64,000 bases of DNA from Candidatus Latescibacterota bacterium. GTDB lineage: Bacteria > Latescibacterota > UBA2968 > UBA8231. The notes beneath the pieces were generated by a model that was not told where the DNA came from, did no database searches, and saw only the letters and a list, made by a program, of their open reading frames with translations. Both the position numbers and the translations under genes were made by a program. The stretch is taken from the NCBI GenBank assembly GCA_965203175.1, contig OZ241867.1:4768001-4832000 (forward strand), read 5' to 3'. Shown here one piece after another: positions 29,214 to 37,991 of this stretch. Within the stretch, counting starts at the first letter, position 1, and every line of letters begins with the position of its first letter.

Positions 29214-29689
29214 CGGGATTGGTGGGAACGGTTCACGGGAAGGTTAATAATACGTGTATTGAAAACAGGGGTATTAAGAAGGAAGGGTGCTCGGTGTCGC
29301 TGAAAGATGCACCGCAACCACGCCTAATAATCGATTTCGATAAACCGGGATCGCCACTGGGTAAGAATCAGACACGCTGCGACTACCTGTTCGTCGCCGA
29401 GGATCCTAGCAAGTCCGGCTGGGTCGTGCCGCTGGAGTTGAAGAAAGGCCAATTGGACACCAGCGGAATCGTCCGACAGCTCAAAGCGGGAGCCCACGCT
29501 GCCTCACAGCTTGTGCCCAATACGATGGCTGTCAATTTCCGCCCTGTCGTGGCCTACGGTGGTGGTATCCATACGGCAGAACGGAACGCATTGAAGGCTA
29601 ATCGCAACAAGGTGCGGTTTCATGGAACTGCCGAGCCCGTCCGATTGATCAAATGCGGCGAGCAATTGACCAAGGCGCTCGGCGCATGA
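29210..29689 (+). CDS. Small putative PD-(D/E)XK-type nuclease, partner of the ATPase
   Basis: RCDYLFV...VPLELKKG...IVRQL motif; ATGA overlap with the ATPase. Confidence 0.6.
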   Translation: MTGLVGTVHGKVNNTCIENRGIKKEGCSVSLKDAPQPRLIIDFDKPGSPLGKNQTRCDYLFVAEDPSKSGWVVPLELKKGQLDTSGIVRQLKAGAHAASQLVPNTMAVNFRPVVAYGGGIHTAERNALKANRNKVRFHGTAEPVRLIKCGEQLTKALGA

Positions 29690-29733
29690 CATCTCCCCGC
29701 AAAAAGCTCATTGAAGTCGCCCTGCCGCTCGAA
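29686..29733 (+). pseudogene. 5' remnant of DUF1156-family adenine methyltransferase
   Basis: ATG overlaps the previous stop codon; reads [16 protein letters not shown], the characteristic DUF1156 start, then similarity is lost just before the ankyrin gene. Confidence 0.75.
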
Positions 29734-29749
29734 TATCGAGCCGAAGAAG

Positions 29750-31927
29750 CTATCTCCGACGAGATGTGGCCACAGTCTCTTTGAGAAAGTCCTCCACCTC
29801 TTGTAGGCCTTTTTCTTTAGCTAATCTCAAGGGGGTTCTGCCACTATTATCTGGGGTGTTTACATCAGCACCCTTGTTCACTAAAAAACGCACCGCCTCT
29901 AAACGGCCCCACTCGGTGGCTTCCATCAAGGCCGTCTCGCCGTTATTAGTTTGGGCGTTTATATCAGCACCATTTTCTACCAAAAAGCGAACCTTCTCCA
30001 AATCGCCAACCCGCACAGCTTGTATTAAGACCGTCTCGCCGTTATTAGTTTGGGTGTTTAGATCGGCACCCTTACCCACCAAAAAGCGAACCACCTCTAT
30101 GCCAGGGGCGGCTTGCATCAGGGCCGTCCAACCGTATTTAGTTTGGGCGTTTATATCGGCACCGTTTTCTATCAAAAAGTGAACCTTCTCCAAATCGCCG
30201 ACCTGCACAGCTTTCATCAAGGCCGTCTCGCCGTTATTAGTTTGGGTATTTACATCAGCACCATTTTCTACCAAAAGGCGAACTAACTCCAAAGCACCAA
30301 TCCGCACGGCTTTTATCAAAGCCGACTCGCCGTTATTAGTTTGGGTATTTACATCAGCACCATTTTCTACCAAAAGGCGAACTAATTCCAAATCGCCGAC
30401 CCGCACGGCTTTTATCAAGGCCGACTCGCCGTTATTAGTTTGGGCGTTTACATCGGCACCGTTTTCTACCAAAAGGTGAACCAACTCCAAATCGCCCTTC
30501 CGAACCGCTTGCACCAAGACGGTCCAACCGCGTTCATCTTGGGCGTCTATCTCGGCACCCTCACCCACCAGAATGCGAACCACCTCTAAACGGTCCCACT
30601 TGACGGCCTCCATTAAGGCGGTCCAACCGCGTTCATCTTGGGTGTTTATCTCGGCACCTTCACCTACCAAAAAGCGAAATACTTCCAAAGCGCCGAGCCG
30701 AGCCGCCTCCATCAAGGCCGTCTTGCCGCTATTGTCTTGGGTGTTTAGTTCGGCACCATTTTCTACCAAAAAGCGAACCACCTCCAAAGCACCAATCCGC
30801 ACGGCTTTTATCAAGGCTGCCGCGCCATATTTGTCTTGAGCGTTTAGTTCGGCTCCGTTTTCTACCAAAAAGCGAACGACCTCCAAGTCGCCGACCCGCG
30901 CCGCTTGCATCAAGGCCGCCCTACCGTCATTAGTTCGGGCGTTTAGTTCGGCTCCGTTTTCTACCAAAAAGCGAACCATCTCTACGCTATTTGGGGCGGC
31001 TTGTATCAAGGCTGTTTCGCCGATATTAGTTCGGGCGTCTATCTCGGCACCCTGATTCACCAAAAAGCGAACCATCTCCAAATCATCGACCCTAGCCGCC
31101 ATCATCAAGACCGTCCAGCCGTATTTAGCTCGGGCGTTTAGCTCGGCACCGTTTTCTACCAAAAAGCGCACCATCTCCAAATCGTCCTCCCGCGCCGCTT
31201 GCATCAAGGCCGTCCAGCCATATTTAGTTCGGGCATTTATATTGGCACCCTCACCTACCAAAAAGCGCACCATCTCCAAATCGCCGCCTAAAACAGCCCA
31301 GTGCAAGGCCGTCTTGCCATCCTCAGTTCGGGCATTCGCTCCTGCTTTCGCCACCCAGCGTTCTACCAAAGAGCGCACAACCTCTACATGGGCAACCCCT
31401 ATCTCTGGGTCGCCGCCCCAGGAAGCCAAGTCCAAGGCTGTCCAGCCGTTTTTATCTTGGACGTTTATGTCAGCACCGTTGTCCATCAAAAAACGTACTA
31501 TCTCTACATCGCCTTCTCCGGCAGCTACCATCAAGGCTGTCCTGCCGCGACCAGTTTGGACGTTGATATCGGTGCCGTTATCCACCAAAAACTGCACCAT
31601 CTCTACATCGCCTTCCCTGGCAGCCACCATCAAGGCTGTCTCACCTTGGTCAGTCCGGACGTGGATAGCCATCCCTGCATCCATAAATAGCTGTACCGCG
31701 AACACATCCCCCTTTTCCACGCGCTCGAAGAAAGAAGACTGGGTATATTGAATTCCCCGCTCGCTGAGCTCGCTGCGAGCCTGCTCAAGGGTTCGGGGTT
31801 GGTAGGAGTCGTCAGTCGAATCCTGCTCGACGACCTTTTTGTCCCCTCTATCCTCACCCTCCACGACACTCACTAGCAATAGGCCAACTAGGCCGATCAC
31901 ACCTGTCACGCCTTTCCAGCTTTTCAT
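29750..31927 (-). CDS. Secreted ankyrin-repeat protein (roughly 19-20 repeats)
   Basis: Signal peptide; tandem 33-aa G.TALM.AA..GDLE.VRFLV.NGA.IN units; several near-identical 99-bp DNA units around 29.9-30.5 kb. Confidence 0.96.
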   Translation of the reverse strand: MKSWKGVTGVIGLVGLLLVSVVEGEDRGDKKVVEQDSTDDSYQPRTLEQARSELSERGIQYTQSSFFERVEKGDVFAVQLFMDAGMAIHVRTDQGETALMVAAREGDVEMVQFLVDNGTDINVQTGRGRTALMVAAGEGDVEIVRFLMDNGADINVQDKNGWTALDLASWGGDPEIGVAHVEVVRSLVERWVAKAGANARTEDGKTALHWAVLGGDLEMVRFLVGEGANINARTKYGWTALMQAAREDDLEMVRFLVENGAELNARAKYGWTVLMMAARVDDLEMVRFLVNQGAEIDARTNIGETALIQAAPNSVEMVRFLVENGAELNARTNDGRAALMQAARVGDLEVVRFLVENGAELNAQDKYGAAALIKAVRIGALEVVRFLVENGAELNTQDNSGKTALMEAARLGALEVFRFLVGEGAEINTQDERGWTALMEAVKWDRLEVVRILVGEGAEIDAQDERGWTVLVQAVRKGDLELVHLLVENGADVNAQTNNGESALIKAVRVGDLELVRLLVENGADVNTQTNNGESALIKAVRIGALELVRLLVENGADVNTQTNNGETALMKAVQVGDLEKVHFLIENGADINAQTKYGWTALMQAAPGIEVVRFLVGKGADLNTQTNNGETVLIQAVRVGDLEKVRFLVENGADINAQTNNGETALMEATEWGRLEAVRFLVNKGADVNTPDNSGRTPLRLAKEKGLQEVEDFLKETVATSRRR

Positions 31928-31941
31928 GCCGCCGTCTCCTC

Positions 31942-31987
31942 AACTACGACTTCGCCAAGCTGCTGGCGCGGGCCGAATCCCAACCTG
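31942..31987 (+). pseudogene. 3' remnant of SNF2/DUF3883 helicase gene
   Basis: Reads NYDFAKLLARAES, matching the ...SVNYDxxxLLARAE.P* terminus of helicases that precede DUF1156 MTases (recalled, not searched). Confidence 0.6.
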
Positions 31988-32492
31988 AGCAACTTGTATC
32001 TTGTCGTCCTGTGCAAAAAAGATACTCAACAACTGGCTGGTTTGCTCTTTATCAATCATGGTCCAAGGCTTGGACAAGGATGACTAGCGCGCTATCTTGG
32101 TCTTTCGAAGATAAAAAAGGATAGAATAGTATACGCAAGATCGCTAGCTGCGGAGGCGGCAAAGGCCAAGACAAGCTATCGCGGGAGATCAATTTTCGCT
32201 ATTTTTTTACGGGTGCCGATTACGAGGGCTTGCATCTGAGCCGAGGGGGAGACCGGTCGGATGAATTGATGGCGCATATATAGCGAGATTCGCCAACACC
32301 TCGATAACGGCTAGTCTCTGCACTACAGTGCTTGGGAGAGGCTTACGGCGAAACCGTGACGGTGCAGGAACATATCATGAATCAACCGACAGCATGAGCA
32401 GCGCGGACAAGCACAACCTTGGCGAGTAAGCGAGGACTATATTCAATTCGGAAGTCTAGCGGACAGGCTGTAGAGCAAGAAAAGGAGAAATC

Positions 32493-33293
32493 ATGGCGAA
32501 GCCGTTCCTTCGTTGGGCAGGCAGCAAGCGTCAGATAGTAAAGAGGCTATCCGAGTATTGGCCCGGAGGAAACACGCGGTATATCGAGCCGTTCGCGGGT
32601 TCCGCGTGTCTCTTCTTCGAGTTGGAACCTCGCTCTGCCCTTATCGGAGATATTAACTCTGAACTGATCGAGATGTACGAGGTAGTCCGAGAACGTCCCT
32701 ACGATCTTCACGAGTCTTTGAGTCGTTGGAATAACGATCAAAACGAGTACTATCGTGTACGAAGCATGAAATCCTCGATACTAAACAATGTCGATCGAGC
32801 AGCTCGTTTCATATATCTCAACAGATTTTGTTTCAATGGTTTATATCGAACCAATGGAAGTGGCCACTTCAATGTGCCTTATGGAGGAGGCAAGTCCGGA
32901 TCAATTCCTTCAATAGAAGTATTAAATGAAGCAAGTAGAGTTTTGGCTAATTCTCGATTGATTTCTGGAGACTTTGAAGAAATTTTAAGAGATGCAAAAA
33001 AAAATGATTTTATATATTTAGATCCGCCATTTTCTATGGTAGACAGGAGATCTTTTACCGAATATGCACCTGAATCCTTTAGAGAAAAAGACTTGATTCG
33101 GCTACGAGAGACAATTCACTATCTCGACAAACTTGGTGCTGTATTTCTTTTGAGTTATGCTGACTGTGATGAGGGAAAACGGCTTGCCAAAGGTTTTCCG
33201 ACTTATCGAGTAGAAATCAAAAGAAATATTGCCGGATTTCCTAGCAGCCGAAGATCGGTGACTGAACTCATCGCGACGAATGCCGCTATCTAA
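32493..33293 (+). CDS. Dam-family (D12 class) N6-adenine DNA methyltransferase
   Basis: PFLRWAGSK, YIEPFAGS, RFIYLNRFCFNGLYRTN..GHFNVPYG, FIYLDPPF; AAGGAG RBS; AT-rich. Confidence 0.93.
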   Translation: MAKPFLRWAGSKRQIVKRLSEYWPGGNTRYIEPFAGSACLFFELEPRSALIGDINSELIEMYEVVRERPYDLHESLSRWNNDQNEYYRVRSMKSSILNNVDRAARFIYLNRFCFNGLYRTNGSGHFNVPYGGGKSGSIPSIEVLNEASRVLANSRLISGDFEEILRDAKKNDFIYLDPPFSMVDRRSFTEYAPESFREKDLIRLRETIHYLDKLGAVFLLSYADCDEGKRLAKGFPTYRVEIKRNIAGFPSSRRSVTELIATNAAI

Positions 33294-33307
33294 GTGAGGG
33301 AGTTTCA

Positions 33308-34324
33308 ATGAGCGAAGAGAGAAGCAATCATGAAGGTGTCTCAGTGATTCCGAAAGGAGAACTGATTTACCTCGGTGTTGATGAACTCCGCCCAAGTCCG
33401 CACAATCCGCGTAAGCTCTTTGATCCTGAACCGCTTGCAGCACTCAAAAAAAGTATCCAAGAGCATGGAGTACTTGTCCCACTGACTGTCTATTCTCAGC
33501 CTGGTCAGGATATATACGCGATTGTAGACGGAGAGCGCCGTTACAAATGTTGCTCCGACCTCTGCAAGGAAGGAGTCGATATAAGAATTCCAGCAAATGT
33601 TGTCGCTCCTCCCGATCCGATGGCATCCCTAATATATATGTTTAATATCCACCAGTTCCGGCAACAATGGGAACTGATGCCGACTGCACTTGCTCTGAAA
33701 GCTGTTATAGAAGAATTGGAAATAGATGACCAGCAGGAATTGACCGAACTAACTGGACTTAGCGATCCTCAAGTCGAGCGCTGCAAAATTATTCTTTCGT
33801 TTCCTGATCGATATCAAGAGCTGTCAATGGAGCATGATCCACAGGCAAGAATACCATCTAATTTCTGGGTCGAGCTTTATCCTGTATTGGAACTTGTGGA
33901 GAATCTATTACCTGGTCTAATAAAAGAGGAAGGGCGTGACGGAGTTACCGACCGTCTGATCGATAAATATCGTGATAAGCGAATCAAGAGTGTCATTCAT
34001 TTCAGGCGTATACTAGAGGCATATGATGTGCAAGAAAATAAGGAGGGTGTAGAGGTCGTAGCAGACAAATTGAGAGAGTATATTTTGAGCCCGGAGATGG
34101 AGACGCGGGATACATTCGATGGATTCATTCTCGACTCAAGACGAGTCCAGAAAGCTACTCAGGCTGCAGACAGGTTCCTTAATGATCTACAAAAGGCGAA
34201 GATCGATCATGCAATAGATTATAAAGATGAGCTAATTCAAAAACTTATGAATGTACGTCAATTTGTTGATGATCTCTTAGCTAAGCTTGAAGGTGAAGAT
34301 GCACCACAAGAGGAGGATGCTTGA
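33308..34324 (+). CDS. ParB/Srx N-terminal domain protein
   Basis: LRPSPHNPRKLFD..L..LKKSIQEHGVLVPLTV...YAIVDGERRY; HTH-like middle; no adjacent ParA. Confidence 0.88.
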   Translation: MSEERSNHEGVSVIPKGELIYLGVDELRPSPHNPRKLFDPEPLAALKKSIQEHGVLVPLTVYSQPGQDIYAIVDGERRYKCCSDLCKEGVDIRIPANVVAPPDPMASLIYMFNIHQFRQQWELMPTALALKAVIEELEIDDQQELTELTGLSDPQVERCKIILSFPDRYQELSMEHDPQARIPSNFWVELYPVLELVENLLPGLIKEEGRDGVTDRLIDKYRDKRIKSVIHFRRILEAYDVQENKEGVEVVADKLREYILSPEMETRDTFDGFILDSRRVQKATQAADRFLNDLQKAKIDHAIDYKDELIQKLMNVRQFVDDLLAKLEGEDAPQEEDA

Positions 34325-35142
34325 TTCTACTTAGAGCAGTCTCTTATGTCCGAGCAGCTTGGCGACTTCGGAGATACGAACCTAAAAAGGTTACCTTAAG
34401 GAGCTTGATCGAATGGACTCGACAGTTTCCAAAAGACTATCGAACTGATTTAATTCGACTAGTTGCGAACCTAAGGTTTATCTCAGAAAAAGAGACTATA
34501 GGGTACCTTGTTGATTTAAATCAGAAGGTTCTTTGTGCCTTACAAAAAGATGGTATAGATATCCGTAACGTCATATATGTTTCAACCAGCACAGCGGGAA
34601 GTAGCAGTAGTGTTATGTTAAGCCTACTGCGCGATCATGCAAATCTCGAACAACGAGGAGCAACGTTGCTGCACTATGGTGAAGCAATGAAGATTCAGCG
34701 ATATACTAGGAAACTCAAACGTGGTGCAATCGTGTATGTCGATGACTTCGCGGGAACGGGAAAGCAGTTCATTCGATCACGTCGAGACGTAGCAGAATAC
34801 GTTGTCGGTGTATTCTCGGAGTTCTTCTTGCTCCCATGTATCTGTGAAGAGGCACAGTCAAAAATCGAAGCTGCCGGCATAAAACCGCTGAGTGGGTTTA
34901 TTCATAAAAAATCCGAACGTCCGTTTCTTGATAATTGTGCCTTTCTAAAGCCAAAACAGCGCAAAAGACTTTTGATGTTGTCCCACAAGTATTGGAATGA
35001 GAAAATCGCCCTCGGTTTTAGTGGTTTGGCAACCAATGTTGTCTTTTATCGTACCACACCAAATACGACGCCACTAATTTTTCGGGGGAAACGTGGTCAG
35101 GCACCTGTCTTCGGAGTTATTCCTAGGTACGACGACCAGTAG
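34321..35142 (+). CDS. Phosphoribosyltransferase-like protein (conflict-system type PRTase)
   Basis: AGSSSS loop, IVYVDDFAGTGKQF PRPP-binding motif, C-terminal LGF...VVF...PNTT..IF...W/F...PR pattern; TTGA overlap with ParB gene. Confidence 0.8.
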   Translation: MILLRAVSYVRAAWRLRRYEPKKVTLRSLIEWTRQFPKDYRTDLIRLVANLRFISEKETIGYLVDLNQKVLCALQKDGIDIRNVIYVSTSTAGSSSSVMLSLLRDHANLEQRGATLLHYGEAMKIQRYTRKLKRGAIVYVDDFAGTGKQFIRSRRDVAEYVVGVFSEFFLLPCICEEAQSKIEAAGIKPLSGFIHKKSERPFLDNCAFLKPKQRKRLLMLSHKYWNEKIALGFSGLATNVVFYRTTPNTTPLIFRGKRGQAPVFGVIPRYDDQ

Positions 35143-35178
35143 ACTTGCCCAGATAATACCACGTAAGTATGCGTTTTT

Positions 35179-35301
35179 AAAGACCTCATCGAAGTCACCC
35201 TGCCACTCGATGCGACCAACGCCATGTTGGCACGAGAGAAGTAGATTCTTCGACACGGACATCCGAGCACGCTGTATCTGTGATGGGCACGGTGGTCGTT
35301 G
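35179..35301 (+). pseudogene. Decayed 5' part of DUF1156-family methyltransferase
   Basis: One frame reads [39 protein letters not shown], versus the family start [40 protein letters not shown]; two in-frame stops. Confidence 0.88.
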
Positions 35302-35447
35302 GATTCTATACGAGCGGCGATTTAGGAGTTTTTCCAAGGCTTGGGCCAAATAACTGTCGTCCTATCTTGATCTTTAGTCGTCCAAAAATCGGCACGTGGA
35401 CAGAGCACTAGGCACCACCAACTCGGCCAACCCAAAGGAGCAAAGAC

Positions 35448-36317
35448 GTGGACAAATACCTCTATACGGTCTCAGAAGAAGAAAAATACTACTTCGACCT
35501 GCGCGGCTACCTAGTCGTCCGCAACGCCCTCACCGCCGAGGAAGTAAGCGAGTGCAACGCCGCCATCGACCACTTCGCCGACCAGATCTCTGCTTATCCC
35601 GGCACCCTCGCCCGCGGCTCAAGCGCGCTGCAAGGCACGACCAGCCGCCAGCAGCTCACCGGCATGCTCGGTTGGCCGTCCCCCTACCGCGAACCCTTTC
35701 GCCGCCTGCTGGTCCATCCCACCATCGTCTCTCGCCTCAACGAATTCAGCGGCCCGGGCTTTCGTCTCGATCACGGCCCCCTACTCATCAGCGCCACTGA
35801 GGGCACCGAAGGGCACTACCTACACGGCGCAGGCGAGCCCTTTAGCCCCGCCACTTGGTATCACCAGCAAAACGGCAAAATCTACTGCCGGGGCATCACC
35901 GTGGCTTGGCAACTGACCGACTGCAACCCCGGCGACGGCGGCTTTGCCGTGATCCCCGGAAGCCACAAAACCTGCGAGCCGACCCCGCCCGAGATCCGCT
36001 CGCTCGCAGAGTACGGAGAATTGGTCGTCCAACCCGCCATGCGCGCCGGCGACGTCCTCTTCTTCGCCGAGACCGCCACCCACGGCACGCTGCCGTGGAA
36101 GGGCAAGACGCAGCGGCGCTCCGTGCTCTACAAATACGCCTCCCGGGGCGCGGCCCGAGCTACGGGCAAATACTTCACTCCACAGGCGCGCTACGGCGCT
36201 TGGATCGACGAACTCACGCCCGAACAACAAGCCGTCCTGTACGGACCAGGCGTCCACCACAAGGACCTGCCCCTGCTGGAATCCGACGGCCAAAAAACTT
36301 GGATTGCGGAGGGCTAA
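35448..36317 (+). CDS. PhyH family dioxygenase
   Basis: FDLRGYLVV, LHG, WQLTD..PGDGGF.VIPGSHK, AGDVLFF.E...HGT.PW. Confidence 0.9.
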   Translation: MDKYLYTVSEEEKYYFDLRGYLVVRNALTAEEVSECNAAIDHFADQISAYPGTLARGSSALQGTTSRQQLTGMLGWPSPYREPFRRLLVHPTIVSRLNEFSGPGFRLDHGPLLISATEGTEGHYLHGAGEPFSPATWYHQQNGKIYCRGITVAWQLTDCNPGDGGFAVIPGSHKTCEPTPPEIRSLAEYGELVVQPAMRAGDVLFFAETATHGTLPWKGKTQRRSVLYKYASRGAARATGKYFTPQARYGAWIDELTPEQQAVLYGPGVHHKDLPLLESDGQKTWIAEG

Positions 36318-36318
36318 A

Positions 36319-37182
36319 ATGGATGCGCGCGAATGCTATTTCTGGGATCTCACCGGCTATCTGATCGTCCGCAATGTCCTCACCGCCGAGGAATTAAGCG
36401 AATGCAATGCCGCTATCGATCACTGCATGGACCAGATGCAGCAAAGCCCCGACAATGGCGGTGCCCGAGGAGAGTCTAACGCGCTTCAAGGCACTGGCCA
36501 ACAGACCCTCCCCAACCTGCTCGAATTGCCCCATCCCCACTGTGAACCCTTCCGCCGCCTGCTGGTGCATCCCCAAGTCGTCTGCCGCCTCAACGCAATG
36601 TGCGGCAAAGGCTTCCGCCACGACCACGGACCCTGGGTCTCCTACAGTCCCAAGGGAACCGAGGGCCTCATCCTGCACGGGGCGGGCGAACCCCACAGAC
36701 CCTACGTGGCCTACCACCACCAGAACGGCCAGTTCTACTGCGCTGGCGTCACCGTGACCTGGCAGTTAGCCGACTGCAAGGCCGGCGATGGTGGTTTTGC
36801 CTGCGTGCCGGGCAGCCACAAAGCCAAATTCCCCATGCCTGCCGGCGTGCGCTCCTGCGACGAGCCACTGGACGTGGTCCACCAGCCCGCGCTCAAAGCC
36901 GGCGATGTCATCTTCTTTATGGACGGGGCCCAGACCCACGGCACCCTACCCTGGAAAGGCGAAGCGCCGCGCCGCTCTGCACTCTACAAGTACGCGAGCC
37001 GCACGGCCACCCGCTCTGGCGTCTCCATCGAGTTAGCCGAACCGGAAGTCTATTGGGACGAGGCTATCGTAGAGGGTATGACACCCGAGCAACGCGCCGT
37101 CATGTACGGCCCCTGTTCCAGTATCTCCCAGAAGCTACATTTGCAGGTGGAGGCCGACGGCAACGTTGTGCTCGTCAAGTAA
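36319..37182 (+). CDS. PhyH family dioxygenase, tandem paralog of 35448-36317
   Basis: Shares GYL.VRN.LTAEE.SECNAAIDH, EPFRRLLVHP, LHGAGEP, HQ..NG, PGSHK, HGTLPWKG, LYKYASR. Confidence 0.9.
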   Translation: MDARECYFWDLTGYLIVRNVLTAEELSECNAAIDHCMDQMQQSPDNGGARGESNALQGTGQQTLPNLLELPHPHCEPFRRLLVHPQVVCRLNAMCGKGFRHDHGPWVSYSPKGTEGLILHGAGEPHRPYVAYHHQNGQFYCAGVTVTWQLADCKAGDGGFACVPGSHKAKFPMPAGVRSCDEPLDVVHQPALKAGDVIFFMDGAQTHGTLPWKGEAPRRSALYKYASRTATRSGVSIELAEPEVYWDEAIVEGMTPEQRAVMYGPCSSISQKLHLQVEADGNVVLVK

Positions 37183-37202
37183 ATTTCTCAGCAGAGGCGA
37201 TT

Positions 37203-37985
37203 ATGCTCACTGACGCACAGATCTACCATTTTGCCGTGCACGGCTGGGTGCTACAGAAAGCCGTGTTCAGTCCAGAAGAATGCGAGGCTTTTAAGGCAGC
37301 GCTAGACCGGCTTTACGCGACCGACGTCTCGACCATGGTGCATAAGGACACCGACGACATCAAAAACATCGACAATATGGTCAACCACGAGGCCATCTTC
37401 CGCGAGTGGATTGTTCACCCGAAGATTTTGCCGGTTTTGAAACAGCTCTTGGGCACGCCTCCGCGCTTTGAGTGCTGCCACGCCATGATCAAGTTGCCCC
37501 ATCCCGCACGCCAGAGCGAATGCAGCTCTTTGAGCGATCCTGCGCAAATGTCGTGGCATCGGGGTATCCGTCCCAAATACGGCATTGTCCCGGCGAACAA
37601 CCACCCCTACATCAACACTACCTTCCTCAACAATATCACGTTTCTGACGGATGTAGGTCCGGACGATGGTGGGACTATGATCTTGGACGGTTCACATCAG
37701 ATCGAGGCGCAGGATTGGCGTCAGATTTTTGATCCATCCTCAGTAGTGCAGATTGCGGCTGACGCTGGGGATGTGTTGCACTTCACGGAAGCGCTCGTCC
37801 ACACCGGAGTGCCCATCCTGTCGGAGCGCACTCGCTACACCATGTTCTACGGGTTTACGCCGCCTTGGATGCAGTGCTGGCCGGGATGCTCGCCTACCCC
37901 AGAGGCTATTGAGGCTTGCGAAGGGGAACTAAAGGAGATTCTGGGGGCGCGGACCGGGTACATGGGCCAGTACAGCCCTGAGTAG
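37203..37985 (+). CDS. PhyH family dioxygenase
   Basis: Start MLTDAQ at 37203; F..HGW, WHRG, FLTD.GP..GGT....GSH, AGDVLHFTEALVH. Confidence 0.88.
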   Translation: MLTDAQIYHFAVHGWVLQKAVFSPEECEAFKAALDRLYATDVSTMVHKDTDDIKNIDNMVNHEAIFREWIVHPKILPVLKQLLGTPPRFECCHAMIKLPHPARQSECSSLSDPAQMSWHRGIRPKYGIVPANNHPYINTTFLNNITFLTDVGPDDGGTMILDGSHQIEAQDWRQIFDPSSVVQIAADAGDVLHFTEALVHTGVPILSERTRYTMFYGFTPPWMQCWPGCSPTPEAIEACEGELKEILGARTGYMGQYSPE

Positions 37986-37991
37986 CGCCCA

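Noticed and set aside
29900-31300. Regular direct repeats that could suggest a CRISPR array
   Set aside because: Period is 96-99 bp, in frame, with no unique spacers: these are ankyrin coding repeats. No cas genes are present.
32493-33293. DpnII-type R-M system or housekeeping dam
   Set aside because: No endonuclease or second MTase follows, and the gene is AT-rich and island-located; GATC specificity cannot be confirmed by eye.
33308-34324. Chromosome or plasmid partition locus
   Set aside because: No parA, no parS-like palindromes and no rep gene nearby; the gene is embedded in an MTase-PRTase operon.
36600-37202. 461-aa ORF suggesting a fusion upstream of the PhyH at 37203
   Set aside because: The upstream part is an Arg/Pro-rich shadow frame of the 36319 gene; a GAGG RBS and ATG lie at 37203.
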